Below are positions 48,164-57,199 of a stretch of 64,000 nucleotides of DNA, in pieces. Positions within the stretch are counted from its first letter, which is position 1; each line of letters begins with the position of its first letter. A program made the position numbers and the translations under genes. Source of the stretch: Candidatus Brocadiia bacterium (GTDB lineage: Bacteria; Planctomycetota; Brocadiia; CAIUPP01); assembly GCA_050015075.1 (NCBI GenBank), contig JBEKCB010000011.1:36640-100639 (forward strand), in the 5' to 3' direction. The notes below the pieces were generated by a model that searched no databases, was not told the DNA's origin, and worked only from the letters and a program-made list of their open reading frames with translations.

Positions 48164-49741
48164 TCAGCTTCGCGGCGGCGCGAACCGCGAGACCAGCGCT
48201 TCGGCCGCGGTCAGCCCATCCACCGCGGAACTCATGATGCCGCTCGAATATCCGGAGCCCTCTCCGGCCGGATACACTCCGTCGGCGGAAACCGACACGC
48301 GCCGCGCGGGATCGCGCACGATGCGGACCGGGCACGAGGCCCGCGCTTCAACGCCCACCAGGACCGCGGCCTCGCCCGCGAAACCCGGAATCCGGCGCTC
48401 GAACCCGGGCAGGGCGGCGGCGATCGCCGAGCGCACGGCCGCCGGCAGCACGCGCTCCAGCGCCGCAGGCCGGACGCCGAGCGGATAGGTCGTGCTCCGC
48501 CCCAGGGCACGGACTCGACCGGCAAGGAAATCCTTCGCCCCTTGCGCCGGCGCCGAGTAGTCCCCGCCGCCGGCGTGGAACGCCTCGCGCTCCCAGCGGC
48601 GCTGATACTCAAGGCCCGAGAGCGGTTCCGCGCCGAAGGCCTTCGGCTGAACCGTGGCGACCAGCGCGGCGTTCGTGAATTCGCCGTCGCGCGCATGCGC
48701 GCTCATCCCGTTGGTGCAGACGGCGCCGGCCTCGGAACAGGCCGCGACCAGCACGCCGCCGGGACAGACGCAGAACGCCGCGACGGATTCCGCCGCCAGG
48801 ACGTAGTCCGCCGCGCCGAGGCGCGGATGGCCGGCGTGCCGGCCGTAGATCGCGCGGTCAATCACCTCGCGCGGATGCTCGATGCGCAGCCCCATCTGGA
48901 ACGGCTTCGGTTCGAGGGCCAGGCCGGACTGCCGCAGCGCCTCAAACGTGTCGCGCGCGCTGCCGCCGATGGCCAGGACGAGGCCGTTGGACTCGATGGT
49001 CCCGCGGACCGTCTTCACGCCGCGCAGGACGCCGCCCGCGACGGCCAGTTCGGTTACGCGCTCGCGCCAGCGGATTTCGCCGCCGAGGCGCTCCAGTTCT
49101 CCGCAGAGGTTCGTCACAACGCCATGCAACCGGTCAGTCCCGATGTGCGGCCGCGCCTCGATGAGCAGTTCCTCAGACGCGCCGGCGGCGACGAACGTCT
49201 CCAGCACCGATCGCACGCGCGGATCGCGGATGCGCGAGTAGAGCTTGCCGTCGGAATATGTCCCAGCGCCGCCGGCGCCGAAGAGCAGGTTGGAGTCCGC
49301 GTCGAGTTCGCGCGAGGAAAGGAACCGGCCCACGTCGCGGCTGCGTTCGGCGATGGGGCCGCCGCGCTCCAGCAGCAGCGGGCGATAACCCATTTTCGCG
49401 AGCTGCAGCGCTGCGAAAAGGCCCGCCGGGCCGCAGCCGACGACCACGATCCGCCCGTGGACTTCCTCGGTCCCGGGATTCAGGCTGACGGCGGCCGCCG
49501 GCTCGATGGCGGCGGCTTTGCCTTTCGCGATCGCCTCGGCTTCGGCGGCGGGATCGGAGAGCGCGATATCCACGGTATGCACGAAGCGCACCTGCTTGCC
49601 CCGCGCGTCAATCGCCCGGCGGACGACTTGGATGTGGCGGATCATCACGACGGGCAGGTCGAGCCGCTCGGCCGCCTTGCGGGCCAGGAGCGAGCCGGGC
49701 TCGTTCACGTCGAGGGTCAGATTCTGCAGTCGTATGGGCAT
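48164..49741 (-). CDS. FAD-dependent oxidoreductase (COG2509-like NAD(FAD)-utilising dehydrogenase)
   Basis: Dinucleotide-binding motif VVVGCGPAGLFAAL and a second GG motif. 525 aa. Confidence 0.75.
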   Translation of the reverse strand: MPIRLQNLTLDVNEPGSLLARKAAERLDLPVVMIRHIQVVRRAIDARGKQVRFVHTVDIALSDPAAEAEAIAKGKAAAIEPAAAVSLNPGTEEVHGRIVVVGCGPAGLFAALQLAKMGYRPLLLERGGPIAERSRDVGRFLSSRELDADSNLLFGAGGAGTYSDGKLYSRIRDPRVRSVLETFVAAGASEELLIEARPHIGTDRLHGVVTNLCGELERLGGEIRWRERVTELAVAGGVLRGVKTVRGTIESNGLVLAIGGSARDTFEALRQSGLALEPKPFQMGLRIEHPREVIDRAIYGRHAGHPRLGAADYVLAAESVAAFCVCPGGVLVAACSEAGAVCTNGMSAHARDGEFTNAALVATVQPKAFGAEPLSGLEYQRRWEREAFHAGGGDYSAPAQGAKDFLAGRVRALGRSTTYPLGVRPAALERVLPAAVRSAIAAALPGFERRIPGFAGEAAVLVGVEARASCPVRIVRDPARRVSVSADGVYPAGEGSGYSSGIMSSAVDGLTAAEALVSRFAPPRS

Positions 49742-49811
49742 GGCGGGATTATGGAGAAATGACGAATGACTGGTGGCATGTCATGGAAACGTCACAGGTG
49801 AGGCGCGTGGA

Positions 49812-50531
49812 TTACTGCGTCACCACGCCTCGTCTGTTGGAGATCCTTCTTATCAAGTTTTCCTCGCACCATGGCCGAAGGCCTTTGCTTCTAAATGTGC
49901 CGTTGTACGAAGTCGAGTTGCCGGACTTTACCACGAATTCCCCAATAACGCTTTGAGGAAACATTGGGTCGAGATTCAGTTCAAATTCACGACATATCGT
50001 GCCTTCAACTACGACATACCACGTTTGGCTGTAGACCGGATGGTTCTCCTCATGTCCTACAGCGTCTGCAATCCCTTGAGCGAACGCATTGAGCGACGCT
50101 GGATCTGTGATGCATAGAAGTTTCTGGTTGCCGTAACTATCGAATACGTCAATCTGATGGATGTTTTCGGTCTGCATCCGACTCAGGGCTTGGAGGAGAC
50201 GCATTTCGCTTCGCATGCTGGGTAAATCACGCGCGAGTGTCTCTACTGTCGTTATGAGGGCAAGAAAACCGAAAAAGCAGGCCATGCCTATCCAGACTTG
50301 TCGGTCGTGCCTTGCCTTGACTTGCCATGCCAGCCCGATAGCGAAACCGGGAAGAGTTGCGAGTCCGCAACCGAGCGAAAAATTCAGAAACGAGGAATAG
50401 TGCGGGCTGATGTAGAGGCTGATCGCACCACCAAGCAAGTCGCAGACGGCTATTGCGACCAAAATGCGCCAGACGGATTTGAGACCACTGAACGTGACTA
50501 GTCCGTGTCCCATTCTTCCCGCCAGCAACAA
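49812..50531 (-). CDS. Hypothetical membrane protein in a low-GC insert
   Basis: Three or four predicted TM helices, then a soluble domain. Roughly 48-50% GC versus roughly 68% in the flanks. Confidence 0.5.
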   Translation of the reverse strand: MLLAGRMGHGLVTFSGLKSVWRILVAIAVCDLLGGAISLYISPHYSSFLNFSLGCGLATLPGFAIGLAWQVKARHDRQVWIGMACFFGFLALITTVETLARDLPSMRSEMRLLQALSRMQTENIHQIDVFDSYGNQKLLCITDPASLNAFAQGIADAVGHEENHPVYSQTWYVVVEGTICREFELNLDPMFPQSVIGEFVVKSGNSTSYNGTFRSKGLRPWCEENLIRRISNRRGVVTQ

Positions 50532-50733
50532 ATGGGAGACTTGACGACGTCATACTGAGCGCAGCCCTTCGGCCGTGAGCCCTTCGACGGGTCAAGGCCA
50601 TGAGCAGACTCGCATTGCTCAGGGCAAAACGGCGAAGCCTCTCACGCCGCAAAACTTTGCTCGCGCGCTGCGCATGAGATTCCGCGACAAGCTGGGAATG
50701 ACCAAGCACGCGCCATGTTTTCATCGTCCGTTG

Positions 50734-52056
50734 CTATTCGACCGCAGGCAGGTGCTTCAACGCCTCGGCGATGGCCTCTTCCGGGTGCTCGTAATCCTCC
50801 AGCGTGCGGCCCAGGTACGCGTCATACGCCGACAGGTCGAAATGGCCGTGGCCGCTCAGGTTGAAGACGATGCACTTGGACTGGTTGCGCTGCTTGCAGA
50901 GGAGCGCCTCGTCAATCGCCGCGCGGACGGCGTGGGCCGTCTCGGGCGCGACGACGATGCCCTCGGTCTTCGCGAACGTCAGCGCCGCCTCGAAGACCGG
51001 GTTCTGCGGATACGCCACCGCCTCGATGATGCCCAGGTTCTTCAGGTGGCTGATGATGGGCGCCATGCCGTGATAGCGCAGCCCGCCGGCGTGGATGCCC
51101 GACGGCATGAAGGTGTGCCCGAGCGTGTACATCTTGATCAGCGGCGTCAGGCCGGCGGTATCGCCGAAGTCGTATCGGAAGGGGCCTTTGGTCAGCGACG
51201 GGCACGCGCTCGGCTCGACGGCAACGAACCGCAGGTCCGGCCGGCTGGTGAGCTTCTGGGGAATGAACGGCAGCATGAGCCCGGCGAAATTGCTCCCGCC
51301 GCCGGCGCAGCCGATGACGACGTCCGCCTTGTCGCCGACTTTCTGCAACTGCTGGAGCGTCTCGAGGCCGATGACGGTCTGGTGCAGCATCACGTGATTG
51401 AGCACGCTGCCGAGCGTGTACTTCGTGTCCGGATGCGTCGCGGCGTCCTCGACCGCTTCGCTGATGGCGATGCCGAGCGAGCCGGCGCAATGGGGATCCG
51501 CGGCGAGCACCTTGCGGCCGGCCTCGGTGTCGCGGCTGGGGCTGGCCACCACGTCGGCGCCCCACAGGCGCATCAGCGACTTGCGATAGGGCTTCTGGTC
51601 GAAGCTCACGCGCACCATGTACACCTTGCACTTGAGCCCGAACTGCGTGCACGCGAAAGCCAGCGCGCTGCCCCACTGGCCCGCGCCGGTCTCCGTGGCG
51701 AGCCGCTGGACGCCTTCCATCTTGTTATAGTACGCCTGCGCGACCGCAGTGTTCGGCTTGTGGCTGCCCGCCGGGCTGACGGACTCGTTCTTGTAGTAGA
51801 TCCTCGCGGGCGTGCCGAGTTTCTTCTCGAGGTTGAGCGCGCGGACGAGCGGCGTCGGCCGCCAGAGCGAAAGCACCTCCTGCACCGGCTGCGGGATTTC
51901 GATCCAGCGCTCCGTGCTGACTTCCTGGCCGATTAGCGCCATCGGGAAGATCGGCGCCAGGTCCTGCGGCCCGACCGGCTTCTTCGTGCCCGGATGCAGC
52001 ACCGGCGCCAGCGGCTTCGGGAGGTCCGCCTGCACATTGTACCACGCCTTCGGCAT
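50734..52056 (-). CDS. trpB: Tryptophan synthase beta chain, long (TrpB2) type
   Basis: PLP-lysine region …[13 protein letters not shown]… and GGGSNFAG glycine loop. N-terminal extension typical of TrpB2. Start at MPKAWYN. Confidence 0.85.
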   Translation of the reverse strand: MPKAWYNVQADLPKPLAPVLHPGTKKPVGPQDLAPIFPMALIGQEVSTERWIEIPQPVQEVLSLWRPTPLVRALNLEKKLGTPARIYYKNESVSPAGSHKPNTAVAQAYYNKMEGVQRLATETGAGQWGSALAFACTQFGLKCKVYMVRVSFDQKPYRKSLMRLWGADVVASPSRDTEAGRKVLAADPHCAGSLGIAISEAVEDAATHPDTKYTLGSVLNHVMLHQTVIGLETLQQLQKVGDKADVVIGCAGGGSNFAGLMLPFIPQKLTSRPDLRFVAVEPSACPSLTKGPFRYDFGDTAGLTPLIKMYTLGHTFMPSGIHAGGLRYHGMAPIISHLKNLGIIEAVAYPQNPVFEAALTFAKTEGIVVAPETAHAVRAAIDEALLCKQRNQSKCIVFNLSGHGHFDLSAYDAYLGRTLEDYEHPEEAIAEALKHLPAVE

Positions 52057-52323
52057 TTCGTTTTCGGAGAGGAGTATTTTCCGCACGTTCGTTCCCTCTG
52101 ATGGAGAATGGTCGGGCACCCGATCGAGCGCGGCTATATTAACAGAATCCGTTTCGCCTCGCAAGGGGCTGACTGGCCGGCGGGGCCGTCATTCCCGCCT
52201 TGTCGAGCGGTCGGCGGCGGTGGTAGGATGCGCGCTGTCGCGCGGCTTAGTACAGCATTTCAGAAGTCCAGTCGGACTTGCGAAATACTGCACTTACGGA
52301 TCATCCGCAAAGGCGCGCCGGCC

Positions 52324-53862
52324 ATGCTGAGCCTGATGGGCTTCTGCCGTTCCAGATCGCACTGGCTGCTCCTCGCCGCGATCGTCCTGCTCGGCGGCTG
52401 GCTGCGGTGCTCCCGGCTCGACCTGATGGAGTTCAAGTCCGACGAGCGGGAACTGCACAGACTGGCTGAAAAGCAGGCGAGCGGGCAGTGGCAGTTCTCA
52501 GGACTCGTCTCGAGCACGGGACTGCGGAATCCGCCGATGGCAGTCTACCTCTTCGCGATTCCGGCGCTCGTTTCGAGCGACCCCATTGCGCTGGCGATGC
52601 TGCCGGCGCTGCTCAATACGCTGGCGATCGCGCTGACGTACTTCCTCGCGCGCCGATTCCTGTCGCCCGGCGGCGCGCTGGCTGCGGCGCTGCTCTTCGC
52701 CGTCGCGCCGTGGGCGGTCATCGAGTCGAGAAAAATCTGGGCGCAGGACCTGCTGCCGTTCTTCACGGTCCTCTTTTTCATCTTCGCCTTCGCCTGGCTG
52801 CGCGAGGGGCGATGGCGCCACGCGCTGGCCATGGCCGTCACACTCTCGGTCCTCAACCAGATTCACTACTCGAGCGTGGCGCTCTGGCTGATCCTGCTGT
52901 TCCTGCTCTGGCGGAGACGTTCGAAGCGCGCGCTGAAGCAACTGGCAGTCGGCGCCGCGCTATACACCGTCCTGTGGGCGCCGTTCGCTGTGGTGGTGCT
53001 GCGCGGCGACGCGTTTGCGAAGGGCGATTATCGGCCGGTCCAGGCCAGCATCCGGGAAACGCCGGCCCACGGCGCCAGGGCGATGTGGTGGCAGGCGCAA
53101 CTGATGGGATACGGCGGATTCGAGTCGCTGCTGGGCGTCTCGGCGCAGGATCTCTCCGGCCCAATGCCGCCGGCCGCATGGTTCACCGTCGCGTGCATGA
53201 TACTGATCGTCGGCGGGCTGGCTGCCGCGATTCTCCGCCTCCGCGCACGGCCCGAATTATGGCTGCCGCTGCTGTGGTTCCTCCTGCCGACGGTGCTTCT
53301 CTCCATTCACCGGGTGATGTTTCATTACTTCATCGTCTGCTGGCCCGTCACATTCCTGCTTGCGGCGCTCTTCGGCGAATCGGTCTGGCAGTGGCTGCAA
53401 GGCCGGGCGCCGGGGATTGTCGCCTGGAGCGGCGCAGTCGCGGTTCTCGTCGCGCTCGGCCTGGCCGCGCTGGCTTGGGAAGAGGTCAGCGCGACGCGCG
53501 ATTTGCTGGACTTCGTCTCCGCGAACGACGGCACGCTCGGCGAATACGGCGTCTGCTACCGCGAGAAGCTTGCGGTCGCGAGCTACCTGATTGGCGAGGT
53601 TCCCGACGGCCGGTTCAAGCTGGTTGATCACTCTCATCCCGAGCCGGATGCCGCAGATTATGGCTATCTCGTCACCCGGCTGCGGAGCCGCCGGCCCGCG
53701 AAACCCGAAGCGGCCCGTTTCCCGAAGCCGCCGCTGTTTGTCGTGGAGAGGCCCGGAGCCGAAGAAGGAATGCGCGATCCGAAGATCTGGGAAGATCGAG
53801 GCGCCGCGCCGGTTGGCGCACTCAGCGTCCATTGTTTCGTGCCGCGGGACGGAGAGAACTGA
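52324..53862 (+). CDS. GT-C fold glycosyltransferase (family 39/ArnT-like, PMT-type) integral membrane protein
   Basis: About 12 TM helices with an early periplasmic-loop acidic motif (…DLMEFKSDER…). 512 aa from ATG 52324. Confidence 0.65.
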   Translation: MLSLMGFCRSRSHWLLLAAIVLLGGWLRCSRLDLMEFKSDERELHRLAEKQASGQWQFSGLVSSTGLRNPPMAVYLFAIPALVSSDPIALAMLPALLNTLAIALTYFLARRFLSPGGALAAALLFAVAPWAVIESRKIWAQDLLPFFTVLFFIFAFAWLREGRWRHALAMAVTLSVLNQIHYSSVALWLILLFLLWRRRSKRALKQLAVGAALYTVLWAPFAVVVLRGDAFAKGDYRPVQASIRETPAHGARAMWWQAQLMGYGGFESLLGVSAQDLSGPMPPAAWFTVACMILIVGGLAAAILRLRARPELWLPLLWFLLPTVLLSIHRVMFHYFIVCWPVTFLLAALFGESVWQWLQGRAPGIVAWSGAVAVLVALGLAALAWEEVSATRDLLDFVSANDGTLGEYGVCYREKLAVASYLIGEVPDGRFKLVDHSHPEPDAADYGYLVTRLRSRRPAKPEAARFPKPPLFVVERPGAEEGMRDPKIWEDRGAAPVGALSVHCFVPRDGEN

Positions 53863-53933
53863 AGGCGAATCCAGAAGCCGTTTTTCGCGCTTTCGCGGTC
53901 AAAACAGTCGTATCGTTGTCTGGAGAGCAGGCC

Positions 53934-54638
53934 ATGAAGAAGCCGCACATCGAGATCGAATGCAAGCTGATCGCGCGCGACGCCTCCGCGCTGGCGGGCG
54001 TGCATCAGGCGCTCCGGGAAATCTGTTCGAGCGTACGTCATCTCGGGCGCGAAGTGATCCGTGACGCCTACCTGGAAACGCCCGACTGGCGCCTGTACCG
54101 CGCCGGCTACGCCTGCCGCATCCGCAGGACATCGCGGCGTCCGGCCGGCCGCGCCGTACTCGGTCTCAAATCGCTCCGGCGACCGCTGCATGGCGTCAGC
54201 ATGCGCGAGGAACTGGAGCGGGTCGTCCCGTCGAGCCGCTGCCGGCGCGGCCTGTCCGCCGCGCTGCGCCGCGAGGGCGACCTGGGCGCAAAAATCCTGG
54301 GCATCCTCGACGGACGAAAGGCGCGCGTGATCTTCCGGATTCGGAACCGGCGCGATACGTACGCTGTGCGGTTCGGCAAGCGCCTCCGCGCGCTCGTCAG
54401 TCTCGACGACTTCACGCTGATTGCCGGCCTGAAGCGACGCCGCCTTGCGGAAGTGGAAATCGAGATCCAGCAGGGGAGCGCGGAAGAGTTGCGTGAACTC
54501 GCCCGGCTGCTGATTCCACGAGTCGGCCTGAGCGCGCAGACCCGCGCGAAATTCAAGCAGGGGCTCGAACTGGCAGGGCTTACGCCGAGCGGGAAGGCTT
54601 GCTTGCCGGCCACCGGCGCGGTACACTGCAAATCGTAA
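53934..54638 (+). CDS. CYTH-domain (triphosphate tunnel metalloenzyme) protein
   Basis: N-terminal HIEIECK (ExExK) motif and later conserved R/E residues of the CYTH fold. Confidence 0.7.
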   Translation: MKKPHIEIECKLIARDASALAGVHQALREICSSVRHLGREVIRDAYLETPDWRLYRAGYACRIRRTSRRPAGRAVLGLKSLRRPLHGVSMREELERVVPSSRCRRGLSAALRREGDLGAKILGILDGRKARVIFRIRNRRDTYAVRFGKRLRALVSLDDFTLIAGLKRRRLAEVEIEIQQGSAEELRELARLLIPRVGLSAQTRAKFKQGLELAGLTPSGKACLPATGAVHCKS

Positions 54639-54649
54639 CGAACAGAGCG

Positions 54650-54726
54650 CGCCCGTAGCTCAATTGGATAGAGTCGCGGGCTTCGAACCCGAAGGTTGCA
54701 GGTTCAAGTCCTGCCGGGCGCGCCAT
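54650..54726 (+). tRNA. tRNA-Arg (anticodon TCG)
   Basis: Acceptor GCGCCCG/CGGGCGC, D-arm GCTCAATTGGATAGAGT, anticodon loop cuTCGaa, T-arm CAGGTTCAAGTCCTG, encoded CCA. 77 nt. Confidence 0.85.
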
Positions 54727-54795
54727 AAAACTCATGCGCCTGCCGACGAATAATCGGCGGGCGCTCTTGTTTCCTGCGGCGGTCGGGGGAATACG

Positions 54796-54887
54796 CAAAT
54801 CGTACTCGTCCTCGTCGTCGTCCTCGTCCTCAAATTGCCGTTCTGAACGGCCGAGGCCGAGGACGACGACGAGGACGAGAACGACGC
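54796..54887. repeat. Palindromic repeat family C, copy 3 (directly downstream of tRNA-Arg)
   Basis: atcgtactcgtcctcgtcgtcgtcctcgtcctcaaattgccgttctgaacggccgaggccgaggacgacgacgaggacgagaacgacg. Confidence 0.75.
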
Positions 54888-54964
54888 GCACGCGTTAAAA
54901 CAAATAGCCGCTGCTGTGTCCCTTCCACAGCAGCGGCTATCGCGTCTATCAGGCTGTCAGCCTG

Positions 54965-55171
54965 TTAGCTCACCTTCGACACGTTCGTGGCACGCGGGCC
55001 CTTCTGGCCTTTTTCGACGTCGAACGTCACGACGTCGTTCTCAGCCAGGCTCTTGAAGCCGCTGCCCTGAATCGCGGAATGATGAACGAACACGTCCGGG
55101 CTGCCGTCGTCCGGCGTAATGAAGCCAAAGCCCTTCTGATCACTGAACCACTTCACCTTACCTTGCGCCAT
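54965..55171 (-). CDS. cspA: Cold-shock protein CspA family
   Basis: [23 protein letters not shown]…[12 protein letters not shown]1/RNP2 motifs. 68 aa. Confidence 0.9.
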   Translation of the reverse strand: MAQGKVKWFSDQKGFGFITPDDGSPDVFVHHSAIQGSGFKSLAENDVVTFDVEKGQKGPRATNVSKVS

Positions 55172-55715
55172 GTGTCTTTCCTCTCATGCGCCTGCCTCGG
55201 CACGAATCCTCATTCGGTGAGCCGCCACATCGGGGCCCATTCGCCGGAACGAGGACGATTCGCCATCCGGGCGATTAGGTCGCGCCGTTACACGCACAGT
55301 CGGGAGAATGCCTGCGATAGAACATGTGCAAGGTAAACGGGGAAGGGAATAGGCAGGTCAGCGAGGATACGTCCGCATCGCTTGAGCCAACCAACGGGCA
55401 CGGGCAGGCCACGCGACCCGCCGCGCCTTGTGTCCACCTCTGCACCACGAAGCCCTTCTACAGTCTTCTCGTCCGCTGCGGCCCTTACGGGCCAAACCTA
55501 ACTACTGGAACCAGTATACCGCGAAAACGCTGGATTGTCAAGGACGATTTCACACTATTCCGTGCCGAGCGTTTGCCCGTCGCGAACGGAGCCCGCCTCG
55601 GTTCCTGGGTTCGAATCCCGTCGGACAGTTTACAACCGGGCGTCTTGGAGTTACATTCATGAAGTCCCGGCCGCTCCGGCGGCCGGGCGACAGGCGGTGA
55701 GCGCAGGCAACGGAG

Positions 55716-56522
55716 GTGACCATGATACGCGTTGCAATCAACGGCGCGGCGGGGCGGATGGGCCGCCGGCTGGTGGACCTGGTGTCGCACGAGCAGGGGA
55801 TGAAGGTCGTCGCCGCGTTCGAGCAGCCCGGGCATGCGGACTTGGGGCGCGACGCGGGCGAGCTGTGCGGCTGTGGAAAGCTCGGCGTTTCGCTCGCGAG
55901 CGATTGGACGGCGCCCGCGGACGTCCTGATTGATTTCAGCCTGCCCGCCGCGGCCGTGGCGCGCGCGGCCGAGGCCGCCGGCAAGGGCGTTGCGCTGGTC
56001 ATCGGCACCACCGGGCTGACCGCCGATCAGAAAGCCGCCATCGCCGCCGCCGCGAAGAAAGTGCCGGTGCTCCACTCGCCGAACATGAGCGTCGGCGTCA
56101 ATCTGCTCTTCCGGCTTGCGGCTGAAGTGGCCGCGGCGCTGGGCGAGGAGTACGACATCGAGATCATCGAGGCGCATCACCGGTTCAAGAAAGACGCGCC
56201 CAGCGGCACCGCGCTGCGCATCGCCGAGGAAATCGCCGCCGCCACCGGCCGGAGCCTGGCGAAGGACGCCGTCTATGGCCGGCACGGCGCGTCCGCGGAG
56301 CGGAAACCGGGCGAAATCGGCATCCACGCCGTGCGCGCCGGCGACATCGTCGGCGACCACACGGTCCTATTCTCGGGGCTGGGAGAACGCGTCGAGGTCG
56401 TCCACCGCGCCGAATCGCGCGACACCTTCGCTCGCGGCGCCATCCGCGCCGCGAAGTTCCTCGTCGGGAAGAAGCCGGGGATGTACGCGATGGCCGACGT
56501 GCTCAGGCCGGCAGGGAAGTGA
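55716..56522 (+). CDS. dapB: 4-hydroxy-tetrahydrodipicolinate reductase DapB
   Basis: IRVAINGAAGRMG NAD(P)-binding motif, …IE.HH..K.DAPSGTA… catalytic region. Confidence 0.9.
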   Translation: MTMIRVAINGAAGRMGRRLVDLVSHEQGMKVVAAFEQPGHADLGRDAGELCGCGKLGVSLASDWTAPADVLIDFSLPAAAVARAAEAAGKGVALVIGTTGLTADQKAAIAAAAKKVPVLHSPNMSVGVNLLFRLAAEVAAALGEEYDIEIIEAHHRFKKDAPSGTALRIAEEIAAATGRSLAKDAVYGRHGASAERKPGEIGIHAVRAGDIVGDHTVLFSGLGERVEVVHRAESRDTFARGAIRAAKFLVGKKPGMYAMADVLRPAGK

Positions 56523-56539
56523 TAGCGGACTTCTTGCGG

Positions 56540-56956
56540 TTATCTGGCAGCGCGCATTTTTCGTCGTCGGGGCCCCGGCATGACGCGTTTCGCCGGGCGA
56601 GTGCGATCGCCATGGCTGTACTTTGCCTCGCGCTCGCGGAGGATGTCCACGCAGTACGAATTCAGGCTCCGCCGATGGCGATGAGCATCAATGGCCAGAT
56701 CTCTGTGCAGATCCTTGCCGACACGCACCACGAACTTACCGGAGTATTCTCTCCCGGCTGTAGGCTCGGGCAGCGGTTCGCCATCCTCCTGGTGAATGCG
56801 GATCCATTCCTCGACGGCCTCGCACAATTCCTGGTACACCTTCGTCTCGTTCCGGCCGTGAACGCCCCCGAGCATCAAGCCGGGACACGTCCCGACATAA
56901 CAGCCGTCTTCTTCCGACCACTCGACGATTTTCAGATACCGGTCGCTCGGTTTCAT
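56540..56956 (-). CDS. hicB: HicB-family antitoxin (HicB_lk/UPF0150 N-domain plus RHH-like C-domain)
   Basis: MKPSDRYLKIVEWSEEDGCYVGTCPGL… is a HicB-like fold. 4-bp overlap with upstream hicA. Confidence 0.8.
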   Translation of the reverse strand: MKPSDRYLKIVEWSEEDGCYVGTCPGLMLGGVHGRNETKVYQELCEAVEEWIRIHQEDGEPLPEPTAGREYSGKFVVRVGKDLHRDLAIDAHRHRRSLNSYCVDILREREAKYSHGDRTRPAKRVMPGPRRRKMRAAR

Positions 56957-57147
56957 CGTCCCGCCTCCTCGACGGCCTTTGCCACATCCCGCTCCTGGTA
57001 ACGTTTGGCGTCGCCACCGGGGTTCCCGCTGATCGTGATCTTGATGCCTTTCATGTGTTTGAAGTTCCGGTGGCTGCCCTTGCCTCCCCGATCAACGAAG
57101 CCGACTTTCTCAAGATCGCGGATCAACTCCCTGATCTTCCTCGGCAT
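56953..57147 (-). CDS. hicA: HicA-family toxin (mRNA interferase, YcfA-like)
   Basis: 64 aa, …KIRELIRDLEKVGFVDRGGKGSHRNFKH…, typical HicA dsRBD-like toxin. Confidence 0.8.
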   Translation of the reverse strand: MPRKIRELIRDLEKVGFVDRGGKGSHRNFKHMKGIKITISGNPGGDAKRYQERDVAKAVEEAGR

Positions 57148-57149
57148 AG

Positions 57150-57199
57150 TTATAGTACCATAATAGTATCATTATGTCAAGGAGAAAGTTCAGGCCGTC
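57150..57199 (-). promoter_or_regulatory. AT-rich putative hicAB promoter/operator with direct repeats (ATAGTACCAT / ATAGTATCAT)
   Basis: Locally AT-rich stretch tatagtaccataatagtatcattatg, immediately upstream of hicA on the minus strand, in a GC-rich genome. Confidence 0.4.

Noticed and set aside
55590-55625. tRNA-like T-loop motif GGTTCGAATCC in the cspA-dapB spacer
   Set aside because: No complementary acceptor stem, no CCA end and a poor T-stem (C·T mismatch). Not a tRNA or tmRNA 3' domain.
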